Shown here: positions 14,371-26,659 of the stretch, in pieces
How positions within the stretch are numbered: the first letter of the stretch is position 1
Layout: each line of letters starts with the position of its first letter
NCBI GenBank assembly: GCA_051362555.1
Contig: CM120640.1
Location: forward strand, 33,561,967 to 33,625,966
Origin: Lingula anatina
Taxonomy: Eukaryota; Animalia; Brachiopoda
Direction of reading: 5' to 3'
Length of the DNA: 64,000 bases
The notes under the pieces: generated by a model
What the model was told of the DNA's origin: nothing
Databases searched by the model: none
The model's input: the letters and a program-made list of their open reading frames with translations, nothing else
Position numbers and translations under genes: made by a program

Positions 14371-17300
14371 TACTTTTTTCTCGTTGCCTATGAGAGTCAG
14401 TATTAAGAGAAATTATGAAGGGGAATATATGAAATAATTACGAGTAGACTTTTTCACAGCGGGACTAATCACTGTCTCTTACTGTCCATGTTTAATGTTT
14501 TGAGGGATATATTAAAACGATATCATTTCAGAATTGGGTTCTTCAGTTCATTAAGAGGAGGCGGTTATCTAAAAGATCTTGTGCTTTTTCATCCATAGCT
14601 CATTCTGGCGAGAGGAAATACACAGCTCTTTTCCCATAAGAATAAAGAAATCGAATTACATCTCATTCCAATTGCTGCTGTACCGGGTTGTGTTTGGAGG
14701 TAATCTGCGTATTTTCCTCGAATCTTTGACTTTCATCTTAAACAGTTATGACAAGTTGCAGCATCAATGATAATCCATCACATCCACCGTCGGCTACTGT
14801 TTTCTGTTCCCCAAAAACACTGGCGTTATCTTCATCTTTCATGGCTACAGAATGGCAGACGATACGGGGAACTCACAACTAATGATCCATCTGTAAAAGT
14901 AGTCATATCAAAAACACAGACGGTGGAGTCTTTAGATGGCGGATGTTGATTAACCACGTGAGATCACCAATGCAGGGGCGTGGTTGTGTGTAATAGTTTG
15001 TATTCCTCACTGAATTCTTTAAGATTCGGATGTGGTAAACGTGATATGTTATTTATGTTTTTTATTTTTAGTGTCAGGAAATAGGGGAACAGGTTCGATA
15101 AGAGTCCCTCCGCCATTAAGAATTTAAAGCCCCTGTTAATAAACTTTAAATAATGCAGCCTGTTTCTTTAGTTATATACGTCTATTTGTGGTAGTGGAAC
15201 TAAATCCACTCTCCAAGCGGTCGATAACCCGCTGTAACAAGGGTTTAAATTTGCTCAAATTAAAGGTCATTAAAAAAAATATCGGCCAAACGCAAGAATT
15301 CGCAAACTTAGCTCTCAGCTGCTGTGGTGTTTCTTAGTTTAGTTCTTTATTCGATTTTTTTTTTGCCAGGATCAATACTTAACTTAGTTGGACGGAATTG
15401 ATGTAGTGGAAGATACAACAATTAGTATAGAGTAAGTGAGTTATTCTTCTTCTTCTGTCAAAACACCAAACTACAAGGATTATTTGATTTTACTGAATAA
15501 CAATAAATTCAAAGATGAATATTGACACATCTTCTTAGAGTTATTCGCTTCCGACCGATTCAAGACGGAGAAGAACTGTTTTCATCGTTTAGAATACTGT
15601 TGAAACACAGCCTTGCCTGTCAGACTTACGTTTTTGTCTACTCATTTCCGTATCTCGGTATGGTAAACATTCGCAATTATCGCCTTCCCGCCAAATACAC
15701 AAAAGTGATTAAATCTTTCTGCTACAATTAAGGCGCCCGATATTTCTTTTATTAGTTAATTTTCCATGAGAATTGAAACAAAATCCAATAATAATGATCC
15801 CATGCAATGATTACGCCAGCGCCTACCTTCTAGTCGCCATCGGAATAAATGACTGGCGCAGCTGAAGATTACGCTCCGCAGATGCTGATATTAATCATCA
15901 ATGCTAAACGGAATGCTCTACCGTTCGCAAGATGTGTTAATATCCCCTCATTACCTGCCCAATTAACATCCGATGAAGTGATTAATGTGTGTATAAACAA
16001 AGGTGTCCAGTCCGTTCATATCTACCGCTGGTGGATGTACATCAATCATCGCGTGGTGCCGCGGTGATGAGACGGGTGTGCTTACACGTGTGAACTCTTG
16101 AGAACATTTGTGCGTTATGTAAGCATGGCTGGTTGGACGTGGAAATTATTTTTGAGGTTCAAGACAGATGTCGTGGTTTTGCTAATATTACTTGATAGAT
16201 CTGTCTGTCCGGTCCGTCCGTCTGCTCATCTCTCTCTCTCTCTCCCTCTCTCTCTCATAACATAAGATGTAATTTTCGCAATCCACCAATTCTTCGGATC
16301 TTGGAAATCAGATATTAGAGACATACACACAAAGCACAAAGAATCCTTCTCTGTTGTCACTTCATAAGCATTTGCACTAAGTTAACGACAAAGAATGAAA
16401 CGGTTATTATTGATTCAAATTATATCAAGACATTCCTCTGACAAGTTCAATTATCCCGAGATGTGTCTACTAATCGTGTTCAGCATGTTCTTACGTCAGA
16501 CTGGTCATTAACGGCGGTCCGAATATAGAAACAGCGCAATCTATTTGCAATAATATCCATAAGGACAAAATAATGGGTTGCCAAGCATTTTGGACTTAAA
16601 GAAAAGAGAGAACGACAAGCAATATAAAGCATCATTTAAGACAGACGCGTGGAGCGTGCGCCCTCCATGTCGAATTATTGAAAGCGCGTTTTAACTCGCA
16701 GGTTGCAATCTACAAGATAAATCTGAGTTCTTAGTCGCAGCCGCAGGTCTAATGTGGACGAAATCATTTACACGGAAAATGACCTGGACTCACCCGAAGG
16801 CATGTCTTCGGCTTTAACAGCGTAGAAATAATACGTTCCCACATTCCACATTACACTATTACACATACCACGTATCATAGAAATTGTGTAAAGAGGCCCT
16901 GGGATGTTAGCTGAAAGATAATTTGGACGTAAAATGATCTGAAATAGATTATATAAAGACACAACGTTCGCGTAACAGATACATTGTATGTGCGAGGAAT
17001 GTACGTTGCTGTTATCACCCATTCACAATGATTGTCAGTGCACTATGTTAATACTGTGATTAATAATCTGTAGAACGCATAAGATGAAAGTCGACCAAGT
17101 AGAAATATCATAAAGTAACATAACTATAACAGTCTAAGCGTGTGTTTTCTCTGTGAAGTAATATATGCTATACCAGGAAACTTCTCTTTACGAGATATGT
17201 AGTCATTTTAAGATTTGATCATGAACAGCGCAGTTAAGAAGAAAAACCTTTTAAGAAAACTAAAATTGGACAAAAAAGGGGGGTGGGGGTGGATAACACA

Positions 17301-19680
17301 ATTTGGTTTTGACGTAATGTTCAGTGTTCGCAACCCTTGAAATATTAGGACGGTACTTGCTGGGAGATAGTATATTAACTACCTTAATAAATTGGTCGAC
17401 TGATTATCTTCAAAATACAAAGATTAGATATACCAGAATAATAGATGAGTGTAGTGTCAAATCTGCAGGGTTCTATTAACCCCAAGCAATACCTCTTGCA
17501 GGGTTTACAAACTTGTCAGTTTGAGTAAGAGGCATGCGCGGAACGTGATAGAGACAAGCAGTGCCAAATAAGAAGTAGAGTAACAAAGTACTATTGACTT
17601 GGGGATGCGGTCTTATATCACCTGTGATAACTAATTAGCAACAATGTGGCAACGAGTCATCTCCAAAATATTGATGTAGGTTTAGCGAGACCATCTGAAA
17701 AAACAAGAAGTCTCAATTTAGAGAGCCCAAGCGCTGCCAGAAAATGTGAAAATTTCGTTTCGCTGTAATGACATTCAGCAAATTCAGTGTGTAGCGTGTC
17801 TGGATGATTCAATCATGATGTATCGCGTGATTATAGAAAAGACAACTCCAATTTCACAGGATAATGATAAAAAACAATCAAGTTAGGAAAGAGAGATAAA
17901 TTCTTCATGAGAAATGCCAAGAATCTTCGGTCTTAATGCTGTTATCAATCCAGTTTGATCATATCAATCTTAATAAGAATGGGAAAGTAAGTGGATTACG
18001 CAAAATCATCGAACATTAAAGCGGATTTTAAAAAAATCTAATCCCGGAGTTGCTCCCCTGGGAGCAGCCATCTTGTTAGCCTTCTGGCTTTAGATTACTT
18101 GGATAACTCCTTATCACCTGTCTGTTAAATTTACGTCCGTATTTACGTCCTTGAATTCTGTCTTATGTGGAAGTTGATGCCTCCCTGCAGTGTATCGAGT
18201 CTTGTAACAAGTCAGGTCTTATTTTATCATAGAGCAAACAATGCTAGTGTTTTAGTTCGATTTTGTGATTAAGGCACGAGAGAAAAATCGAACTGTTCAC
18301 TCTCTGGAATACTATAAATGCGCTCTGAGTATTTCTTTATTGTCATTTGAATAGATCTTAAAAGCAAAGACTCCAATTGTTCGTTTTTAAGAAGAAAACA
18401 TTGTTATTGTCATGTTCGGGATTTGTTTGTACCACAGTGAAAAGGTATCACGCGATAGCATTTAAATCAACACACAACGTTTTTCTTTCGCTGATGTATG
18501 AAATAAAGATTTTGTCGACTTTGAAATAAGAAGCGTAATATCTTTTAAATGGCATCACATGTGCCGTGCCAGTGGAACCGACAAAGTTATTCTTGGGTGG
18601 TATTACATCAAACTATATGTGCTTTTGTATCTGTATGTTAACTTAAGTAATTCGAAGCACAACTCAAGAACAATCTGAATATTTTTTCCCGTCCTCAGGA
18701 AAACAGACACCTGATTGTGCCGAGAAACGCTTTTTTATACTCTTTTATTATCAGCGTGTGCTCCGCTGTCCCCAAGGAAAAGCTTCACATCCCTTTTTTG
18801 TCTTAAGCCTATGATTAAGTTCAAGTGAGAAGGAAATACTTGAGATCAAATATCGAAAGTGGGATCCTGAAGTAAGTAAGTATTTGGGCAAAGAGGTAGG
18901 CCCTGCGATAGAGGCCGCATTAGTCACGGTGCGATTTTTTCTCACCAATGCTCTCTGAAGAAAAAAAGGCACTCCTTGCACTGCTGACTTCGATGGGGGT
19001 CCAGAACCCTCGTTATTAACAGTCGGTAGACCTATTCTTTAATTCTCATCATATACATTAATTTGTGCCTAATATCAGGCTTTGCATTTTAGCATTCATC
19101 GGGTTTCACCAAGCGCAAAGGTAAAGTATAAGTCACCGACTTCATTAACACCACATTACGATCTCCTCACCGGAATAAACAACCTCATAATAGGGTATTT
19201 ATTTATGTAATAATAATGGAGGGTATAAATTTTGTTATCATACCCCCGAAGATCGAAAGAAAATAAATTCAGGGGCACGTAAAGCTACAGGGCGTGTTAA
19301 AACGCACGGCTAATTTTAAGTGTAAGGCAACTGACTCTCGTTGCTGCGTTTTCAGGCACCTACTTACTGTAGTTATTGGTTTTGGACTCATCTTTCGCGT
19401 ATGTCGAGTATTTTGCCAATTCCTGAAACAAGTTATCTGATGAAGCATGCTTTCGGAAAACTGTTAGGCTAGCACAGCCTCCTACCGGGCGTATAAAGTT
19501 AGAAGGCATAAGTGAAAATGTTGCACAAACACAGTGGGGAATGTTGTCATAATTGCAACATTTCTCGCATTTCTATCCCGAGCAGCTCTTGGCACATGCC
19601 CTGGTCTTGTAGACAGATCAAATACCATGCTTTATAGATAGACGAGGTTTTATTAGTCGGTAAAACAAAAATGTTTGTGT

Positions 19681-19683
<3 letters not shown>

Positions 19684-19720
<37 letters not shown>

Positions 19721-19738
19721 GAGAGAAAGAGAGAGAGA
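19684..19738. repeat. (GA)n microsatellite
   Basis: Seen directly in sequence. Confidence 0.9.
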
Positions 19739-22700
19739 TCGATCTGGCGATCATGGATGTTTCATCGTTAGGACATTTTGATCTTTATTAATGTCACATT
19801 ACTTGTAACTGGACAGAAACACAGTCAGTTATCGACTGTCAAGATGTTTTAATAAAGCATGCCCGGCAGAAAGAATATTGACGGGAAATTAACAACTAGT
19901 ACTGAACTCGGCATGAGAATTGGAATGATAGATGATTACATACTAACCAAACGACGTGCTTTCCTGTACCGAGTGCTTCACGTGAATGGCAGTCCTTTCA
20001 TGTGGTACTTTTCATGTGGAACACACTATATTAAAGGAAATTATTTTAATGTGCTATTTCATACCTCATGTGGGTATCTTGTGGAGAAAATAAAGTGATG
20101 TTAAAGTGGAGGAAAAACGCTGTCAGTGCGCCACCCACACTATTTCTGTCTTGTGCAACACTAGAAAAGCCTTTCACAGTGAAAGTGCGTTTCGGTCGCC
20201 TTTTCAAGGCATGAATGGTAATGAATATCTTTAAAAAGAGAAAAAATACACCCTGAATAGTGATAGCCGGTTAATTGTTGTCAACTATGTATACAGGTGC
20301 TATGGTGGAAAGTAGTTTAACATTGTGTACACATTTACAAATACATCCACCGTGGAATAGTAGTTAAATTAAACATCCGCGACTTTCACCAGAATGCAAT
20401 AGGGTCTCGCACTCGCCTTGGAAATCGACAACGGGTGTGACCACGCGCTGTTGTGCCCTGATAAAGGCACGCTGTAATTTACCCTGCAAGGTAGATCAGG
20501 TATTGTGCAGGTGTTGCGTTCTGTAATTATTTACCTTGGCAATTTAGTGGCATCGTAATCAGTACAATGCCCTCTTCTGCCCACCATTACCGCAGGTTGT
20601 GTATTTTCCTCGCTTAAAACATCAATGGCTTTCCCCTCTGCTACTAATGTAAGATATATTGTTGTCAGTCATCACATTTTAGGGTAGGGTTTCGCATGCC
20701 AGTAAGCTATTTGCGTGGAAAAATAGAATGACCGTAAGAGATTGCGGAGTCCGTTAATGCAGCAAAAGCCATCAGGCAACGTTCGCTGTTTGACCCGCTA
20801 TAGATTGCTCGGTGATTTAATCCGCAGTTAGAAACCGAGTTTGGAAATGAAATTTTCATTTGGCCAAGAAGCAATAGAAGTGCAAGTGTACAGGCTCATC
20901 TTATAGAATTCTGAAAGCCAGCAAATGTGTTCTTGATTTTTTTTTACAAAGAACGAGAATTTAAGTGTATATTTAATAATATACTCAGCAGTTATCACAT
21001 ATGTCCAGATGACACAGTTTGTTTTTTGTTCCTTTACCTTAAATGAGTTTCACATATCAACAAAGACCTGCCAAATATTTCTTATAACAACAAAATTGAC
21101 CAAGGAGGCCGTATCTAATTTAATAACCGAATGTTTACCTTACATTCTAATGTACTGAATAATTTCTTTTAACGATCCATTCAAAAAAGATTTGGATAAA
21201 GAAATCGTATCGATTGGTCTGTGAACTCTGTAGAACTGTTATAGTATCTTTCCTTATTAATAAACGACAGCAAACAGTGAATATGAAAGGTGGGAATTAA
21301 CGGTTTTTAGTCATGGGTACTTCACAAAACATCGTTCGATCAAAACACCTGGCAAGAGTAAGGTGAAAAATGGGGGTCATGTCACAGGTGAACTTTCATT
21401 CCATAGCGCGGACCTCTCCCCCACCAAGTGTGACGTCTCAAAAGTAGCGAGTCATAATTTACCTTTTTCTACGTTGAAAGAAATCGGAGCTGAACTGCCG
21501 AGTACGGGTGGGAACAGCCCTGTTGCTTGAGAGCAAAGAAAACTATACACCGGGACTAAATATCAAGATACCACTTCCCCTTTCTTTCCCAAAGAATAAT
21601 GTTGATGCAATCCATGACCTTTGCACATTGCCATTTTGATAAGGAAAATGAGGGAATAAATACAATTTTAAAAGAAAGTTGTGGCATGTAAATGCGAACG
21701 TCAGGTACTCGCACAAACGCTAAGTGCACAACTATTAACACTTACGCCATTTTCAAACCAGTGCCAGAGTTTAAAAACTCCTTACTTTCGGTCGATAAAC
21801 ACAAAATATATATTAGTCTAGAATTTCACCCCATTGCCCATGCACCGACGGCTACTGCTGTGCTCCCTTATTTAGCTGCCAAGTCGTATATACAAATCAA
21901 AGGACTATCCTGATCCAACCCCTAATGCTTGACTGTCTTTTAACAACACACCTTGTTCTGAATTTTGTTTTATGATGTCTTCGCGTTGTTTTGTCATCAC
22001 TGGCGACTTCAGTGAGTGCAGTGTGCACCGTTGTTAAGAGGTCAAGCACCAAGGGAGTCCAGCCTGGAAAAAATATTCACACGCACACCGTATAAGATCG
22101 TATTTTTTTATTCTTGTATTCTGATCATAACATGGCAAGAGGCGTGATGAAGAATGTACATATATACAAACGAAAAATAATAACTTTACATCGCATTAAT
22201 CGATTTATCAATACAATAAGAGCAGCATAAATAAACGGACCAATTATACTGAAGCCTCGTAGGCCAGAAAGCTATCAAAGCCTCAAAGCTGTGCACTTAA
22301 CATCTCTGTACAAAATACAAAAATATTCCATTAATTCCATTAATTGTATTGATCGTCACACATTATACAGATTATGATTTTTTTTCCTGAGGAGTCCAGC
22401 AGGAAAGACAGTCTATCAACAACATTAATGTGACTCACTTAAACAAATAAAATTACGATTGATAAATGCTGAATGAAGGTCTTGGACATGTACAGCGCGT
22501 TACAAAAATACAAAACATCGAGAAAGAATATTTACACACATCATTGATATTTCCAAAGTATATACATACTCTTTCCTTCATTAGTTGTTCTCAAATACAG
22601 CACTCATTGGTTTGCTGCGGCCAAGCGTTAACGTATTGCACAATTACATAAATATTTCCGTCATTATTGGGCCAGGGGTCTATTATTGTTCGATGCCAAA

Positions 22701-24946
22701 TTGTTGGATCGAACGTAACAATTGAACTATGGGTATACATTAGTACCTATTAGCAGCTTTTTGGGCAGGTTGACTGACAGGTCAAGGAATTAGACCAATT
22801 ATGTTGGGCATTTGCGATAAATATGAATGGCATAACATATATTGAACTGCAGCCATGCTCTGAATAAATATACCATGTCATATAGAGCATGTTATTCCTT
22901 TGCGATGCGGGTACATCGAGCTATATTACACTATTTTACAGGAGTGACGTTCAACTGGCACCGAAGCATTTCTGAATGTAGAATCCTAGCCTGTCAATTG
23001 GTCTTTCTAATCAATGTCCTTCGCCCCAGAGAAAGTCGACAAGAATGAATGCAAGTCTGAGTTGTCATTTCCATCCCATACACGAAGAACTCGTGAAAAA
23101 TCAATGGGTCTAACAATATCCGACTCTGTGAGATCCTGCAAATCTCGTCAAGTCTTAATTGAGTTAAAAGCCTCTGTATCAATTAAATACCATGCGTGGT
23201 GGTTTGTTTGACTTTGTCTAGCAAATTTTAAGATAAGAAAATACAAGTAGCATTATACACATGTATGTGAAATTAAGTAGAAATGCGTGTAACGTGCTTG
23301 AAAGTTGCTTCCCAAGAATGCTTTGATTAACGGACGTTGTCATGGGTACCAAAATCACCATAATCACGAAGAAGTCGAAAAGTGCTGCTCAACAAAGCTT
23401 CGCCTATTCAAAGTGGAGGAGAGATGCACTCGTATTTATATAATGAAGATAAAATGCAGTAGTTCCGGTTGTTTGGTGTGATGTCCAAATATGTAGCTTA
23501 TCAACTTAAACTGTGATAGATAGTTCTATCTAGCTAACTAGGGCTGTTTTTCATTTACGTGAAACGTAAAAACAAGCTGGATAGCCACGGGTATTTTTCT
23601 AAATAAAGGTCATCTCTCTTAAAAAATGGTGGTCTTAACATCACATGTAAATGACCGCTATAAACTAAACCCCTTTGGCCTTTAGGGCTGTAATGAAAAA
23701 TTTTACGAGCATCATTTTCATTCACCCCAGTGCTACATGTTCACTCTACTTGAAAAATACACTACGCCCGGTAACTTAACACAGGTACAGGTCACCTATT
23801 TGTTAAGTACTACATTTGCTATTGCCATTTTCATAGACGCAAGCTGACTTCTCCATCAATGACTTGGTCGAGAAATAATTCAAAGCCCGCAGACGATTCC
23901 CAAAAGGCGCAATTTATCTCATGTGAGATATGGATGACTCTTATCTGTCTCTATCACAAATTCCCAGAGGGTTGTAAAAAGCCGAAAGGATCGAATTTAA
24001 TGTGGGAAGCCATATGCGAAAATATATTCTGTTTTCGGATTGCATTTTTGTTGCATTTATCTAACCCCAGCATTTTGCCCTTATTATTTTTATCTCCGGT
24101 TTCTCAAAATATGGTGCTACCAATATAGGCCTATATTTGTTGATTTCCCTTGTGAAAGTGCCTATGACTCACAGTGTATTACGTGCATTTCAGACAATCA
24201 CCAATAACGTGAAAGCAGACCTAAATGTTAAAGATGTGTAAAGTCGTTGAGTTGTGATTGATTGAGTATATAAGAATATGGTTCATCCACATTCAAAACA
24301 AAGAAAGCACAACCATTTTAACGGGTGACATTTACCAAGGAAGTCAGTCCTTAATGATCCAAACCACCACAGAACCAGAGTCGGAATGGCTAATAGTTCC
24401 GCTTTTCCCTTACCGGCTTTTAGGATTAGAACAAAATAAGATTGATTGTGCTAGGATACCATCAGACAAGTTTAATGGTGGATAGAAAGTATTTCTGTAA
24501 TATGCTGTGTTAATTCTTCTGTCTATAATTGAATGAAACTTGAATGAGCGAGGCTGTCTCTAGCAAGTGCCGTCAAACCTAATTTCGAATAACTAAAGGC
24601 TTTTCGGAGCACAATAATGTCTACCAATTACCCAGTCTCCATGCTATCGGCTGTAATTACTACCGCTACAGGGTCTCTCGAGATTTTCCCTTTGCGCCTA
24701 TATACTAAAGCAATGAGACAAAAAATAAACAACCCTGTGTTGAGACTGGCTGTTATCGATAACATGGAAGTGATCAAAGCTGCTAAAACACACTGCTCTA
24801 GTGAAGGACAAGACTCCTATGAATTTTTTTTCTTTATCGGTCGACATTTTCGCTATACATTGCACTTGATGTTTAGATATCTGACTGTGTCGTGGAATCG
24901 AAGAGCCTGACTTATCTCCTACCTTGTGCTATATGTCGTGCTACTG

Positions 24947-26659
24947 TCAGACCTGATTACATGTATTTCTGTAGTGATTTTCCCTATTTTCCTTCACCTC
25001 AAGAAACTCGACTAGTTCTGGCATGGCGCCCATTTCTTGCCGTGTGTTGTTTTGTTTTGCTAAATAGGCCTTTTGATGCTGTGCATTGTGCTTTTTATAG
25101 TCTTCTTTGTTTTCTCTCCGTCGTCTTACTTTTTTCTTTACTTGACATATTATACAAATAAATAAGCAACACAAGAGTACTGTACATGCAAATGTTCCTG
25201 CTACGGCTGCGATTATATCGTGAAGGCGAAAATATTTCTCCTCTGATGAGTACATGTACCTCCTGTGGTTTGAAGTTGTGCCCGTTGGCCCATAGGAAAT
25301 TTTGCTGTCATTTTCATCGGAATTTGGAAAATGATAAGAAGGCTGATCGCGGTCGGCTTTCGTTTCGTGTGGTATATCCACAATGGGAGTCTGTTTGGTG
25401 TTAGTGTCGCCATTATGCGAAGTCCTTCGTGTTTGTTTTTCATTACTACTAAAGTCAGGTTCTATTCCTAGCATAGGGTCGTCGATGTCCCCTTTTGATG
25501 GGCTGCTATTAGTAGTTGTGCTTATTGTCGTTGATGCTGTTGACGTTGTAGTTACTGTCTTTTCAGGTAATGTCACATTAAAAGTGAAAGTCACGTTTCC
25601 AGCCGCGTTGCTAGCAAGACACACAAACGTCTCAGCGTATTTGTCGTTCAAATTAGTCGTCGGTCTAGGTATTTGTAATACTGCTGTATTTGTTGCCATC
25701 TTCCTGTCCCCAGGCGGAAAATAAATTAACTTGTCTCCAGACGATTTTATCCAGTACAAAGTCGGTGCAGGGTCACCAGTTGCGATACATTTCAGTGTTC
25801 CCTGGTCCTCATCAAATGTTACATCGACGCTGCTAAAGACGGGAGCGTTGCACAAAAAGGCGTCAGCAGGGAGAGTGTCGAAGGTTTTGTCGCGGAGCCT
25901 TTCTGGTGACGCGCAGTGCGGGGGACGGGCCCCGCTGAAAACGTTGGGATGTGTATCGAAGAAGTCGGCGAACCACTTCATCTCACAGTTACAGTGTAGA
26001 GGGTTGTTTCCCAGCCTGAGGTGTTTCAGTTTTGAGAAATTCACCAAAAGAGCAGGGTTAAGGCTTTCGATGTGATTGCCATCCAGCCACAGGGATTCTA
26101 AGCTGTCACTTAGCGGAGAGATGACGGCTACAGAAAGTCGGGTTAGACTACATCGCTGTAGCCTCAGCCCCGTGGTCCGTAAATCTTGAAAAGCGTTGCG
26201 TGAGAGCTGAATATCCCGATTGCCATTAAGAAATAGGTGCTCTAAGTTGAGTCCCCTAAAGGCAAAATCTTGAATTATTCGGATACTATTGCGACTCAGG
26301 TCTAACCACTTTAATTTCTCTAAATCAATAAATGTATCTACTTCAATGGATTCAATACCGCAGCCGCTCAAATAGAGGTGCTCCAGGTCCACAAAAGATG
26401 AGAAATTTCTCCTTTGAATTGTCGTCACCTGAAAGTTGTTGTCATTCAGGTTGATTTGTAATGAGTTGTCCGGAATTCCCGATGGAATGTGTGCCAGGTT
26501 TTTTCTAGAGCAATATACAATCCTGCTGTCCTTATTGCAAAAGCATGGATACGGGCAGGTAAAACTCGCCTCCACTTGGAAGAAATTTAAAAAGATAAGA
26601 ATCCTTAAGAGTCCGAATATTTTAATACAAAGCCGTCGATTCAGCTTCAGCATGGCCAT
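24947..26659 (-). CDS. Single-coding-exon LRR-Ig type I transmembrane protein (LIG family; Kekkon/LRFN/LRIT/LRRC24-like), about 570 aa
   Basis: ATG at 26659 (MAMLKLNRR) followed by a hydrophobic signal peptide. Then LRRNT CPYPCFC...VYC, about 6-7 LxxLxLxxN repeats, LRRCT NPLHCNCEMKW...CASP, and an Ig I-set (TLKCIATGDPAPTLYW...FVCLASNAAG). Thr-rich stalk, TM IIAAVAGTFACTVLLCCLFICII, basic stop-transfer KKKVRRRR, short cytoplasmic tail. Confidence 0.93.
   Translation of the reverse strand: MAMLKLNRRLCIKIFGLLRILIFLNFFQVEASFTCPYPCFCNKDSRIVYCSRKNLAHIPSGIPDNSLQINLNDNNFQVTTIQRRNFSSFVDLEHLYLSGCGIESIEVDTFIDLEKLKWLDLSRNSIRIIQDFAFRGLNLEHLFLNGNRDIQLSRNAFQDLRTTGLRLQRCSLTRLSVAVISPLSDSLESLWLDGNHIESLNPALLVNFSKLKHLRLGNNPLHCNCEMKWFADFFDTHPNVFSGARPPHCASPERLRDKTFDTLPADAFLCNAPVFSSVDVTFDEDQGTLKCIATGDPAPTLYWIKSSGDKLIYFPPGDRKMATNTAVLQIPRPTTNLNDKYAETFVCLASNAAGNVTFTFNVTLPEKTVTTTSTASTTISTTTNSSPSKGDIDDPMLGIEPDFSSNEKQTRRTSHNGDTNTKQTPIVDIPHETKADRDQPSYHFPNSDENDSKISYGPTGTTSNHRRYMYSSEEKYFRLHDIIAAVAGTFACTVLLCCLFICIICQVKKKVRRRRENKEDYKKHNAQHQKAYLAKQNNTRQEMGAMPELVEFLEVKENRENHYRNTCNQV

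Noticed and set aside
18270-18280. TAAGGCACG (miR-124-like start) and other miRNA seed look-alikes
   Set aside because: Match stops after 9 nt and no hairpin is evident.
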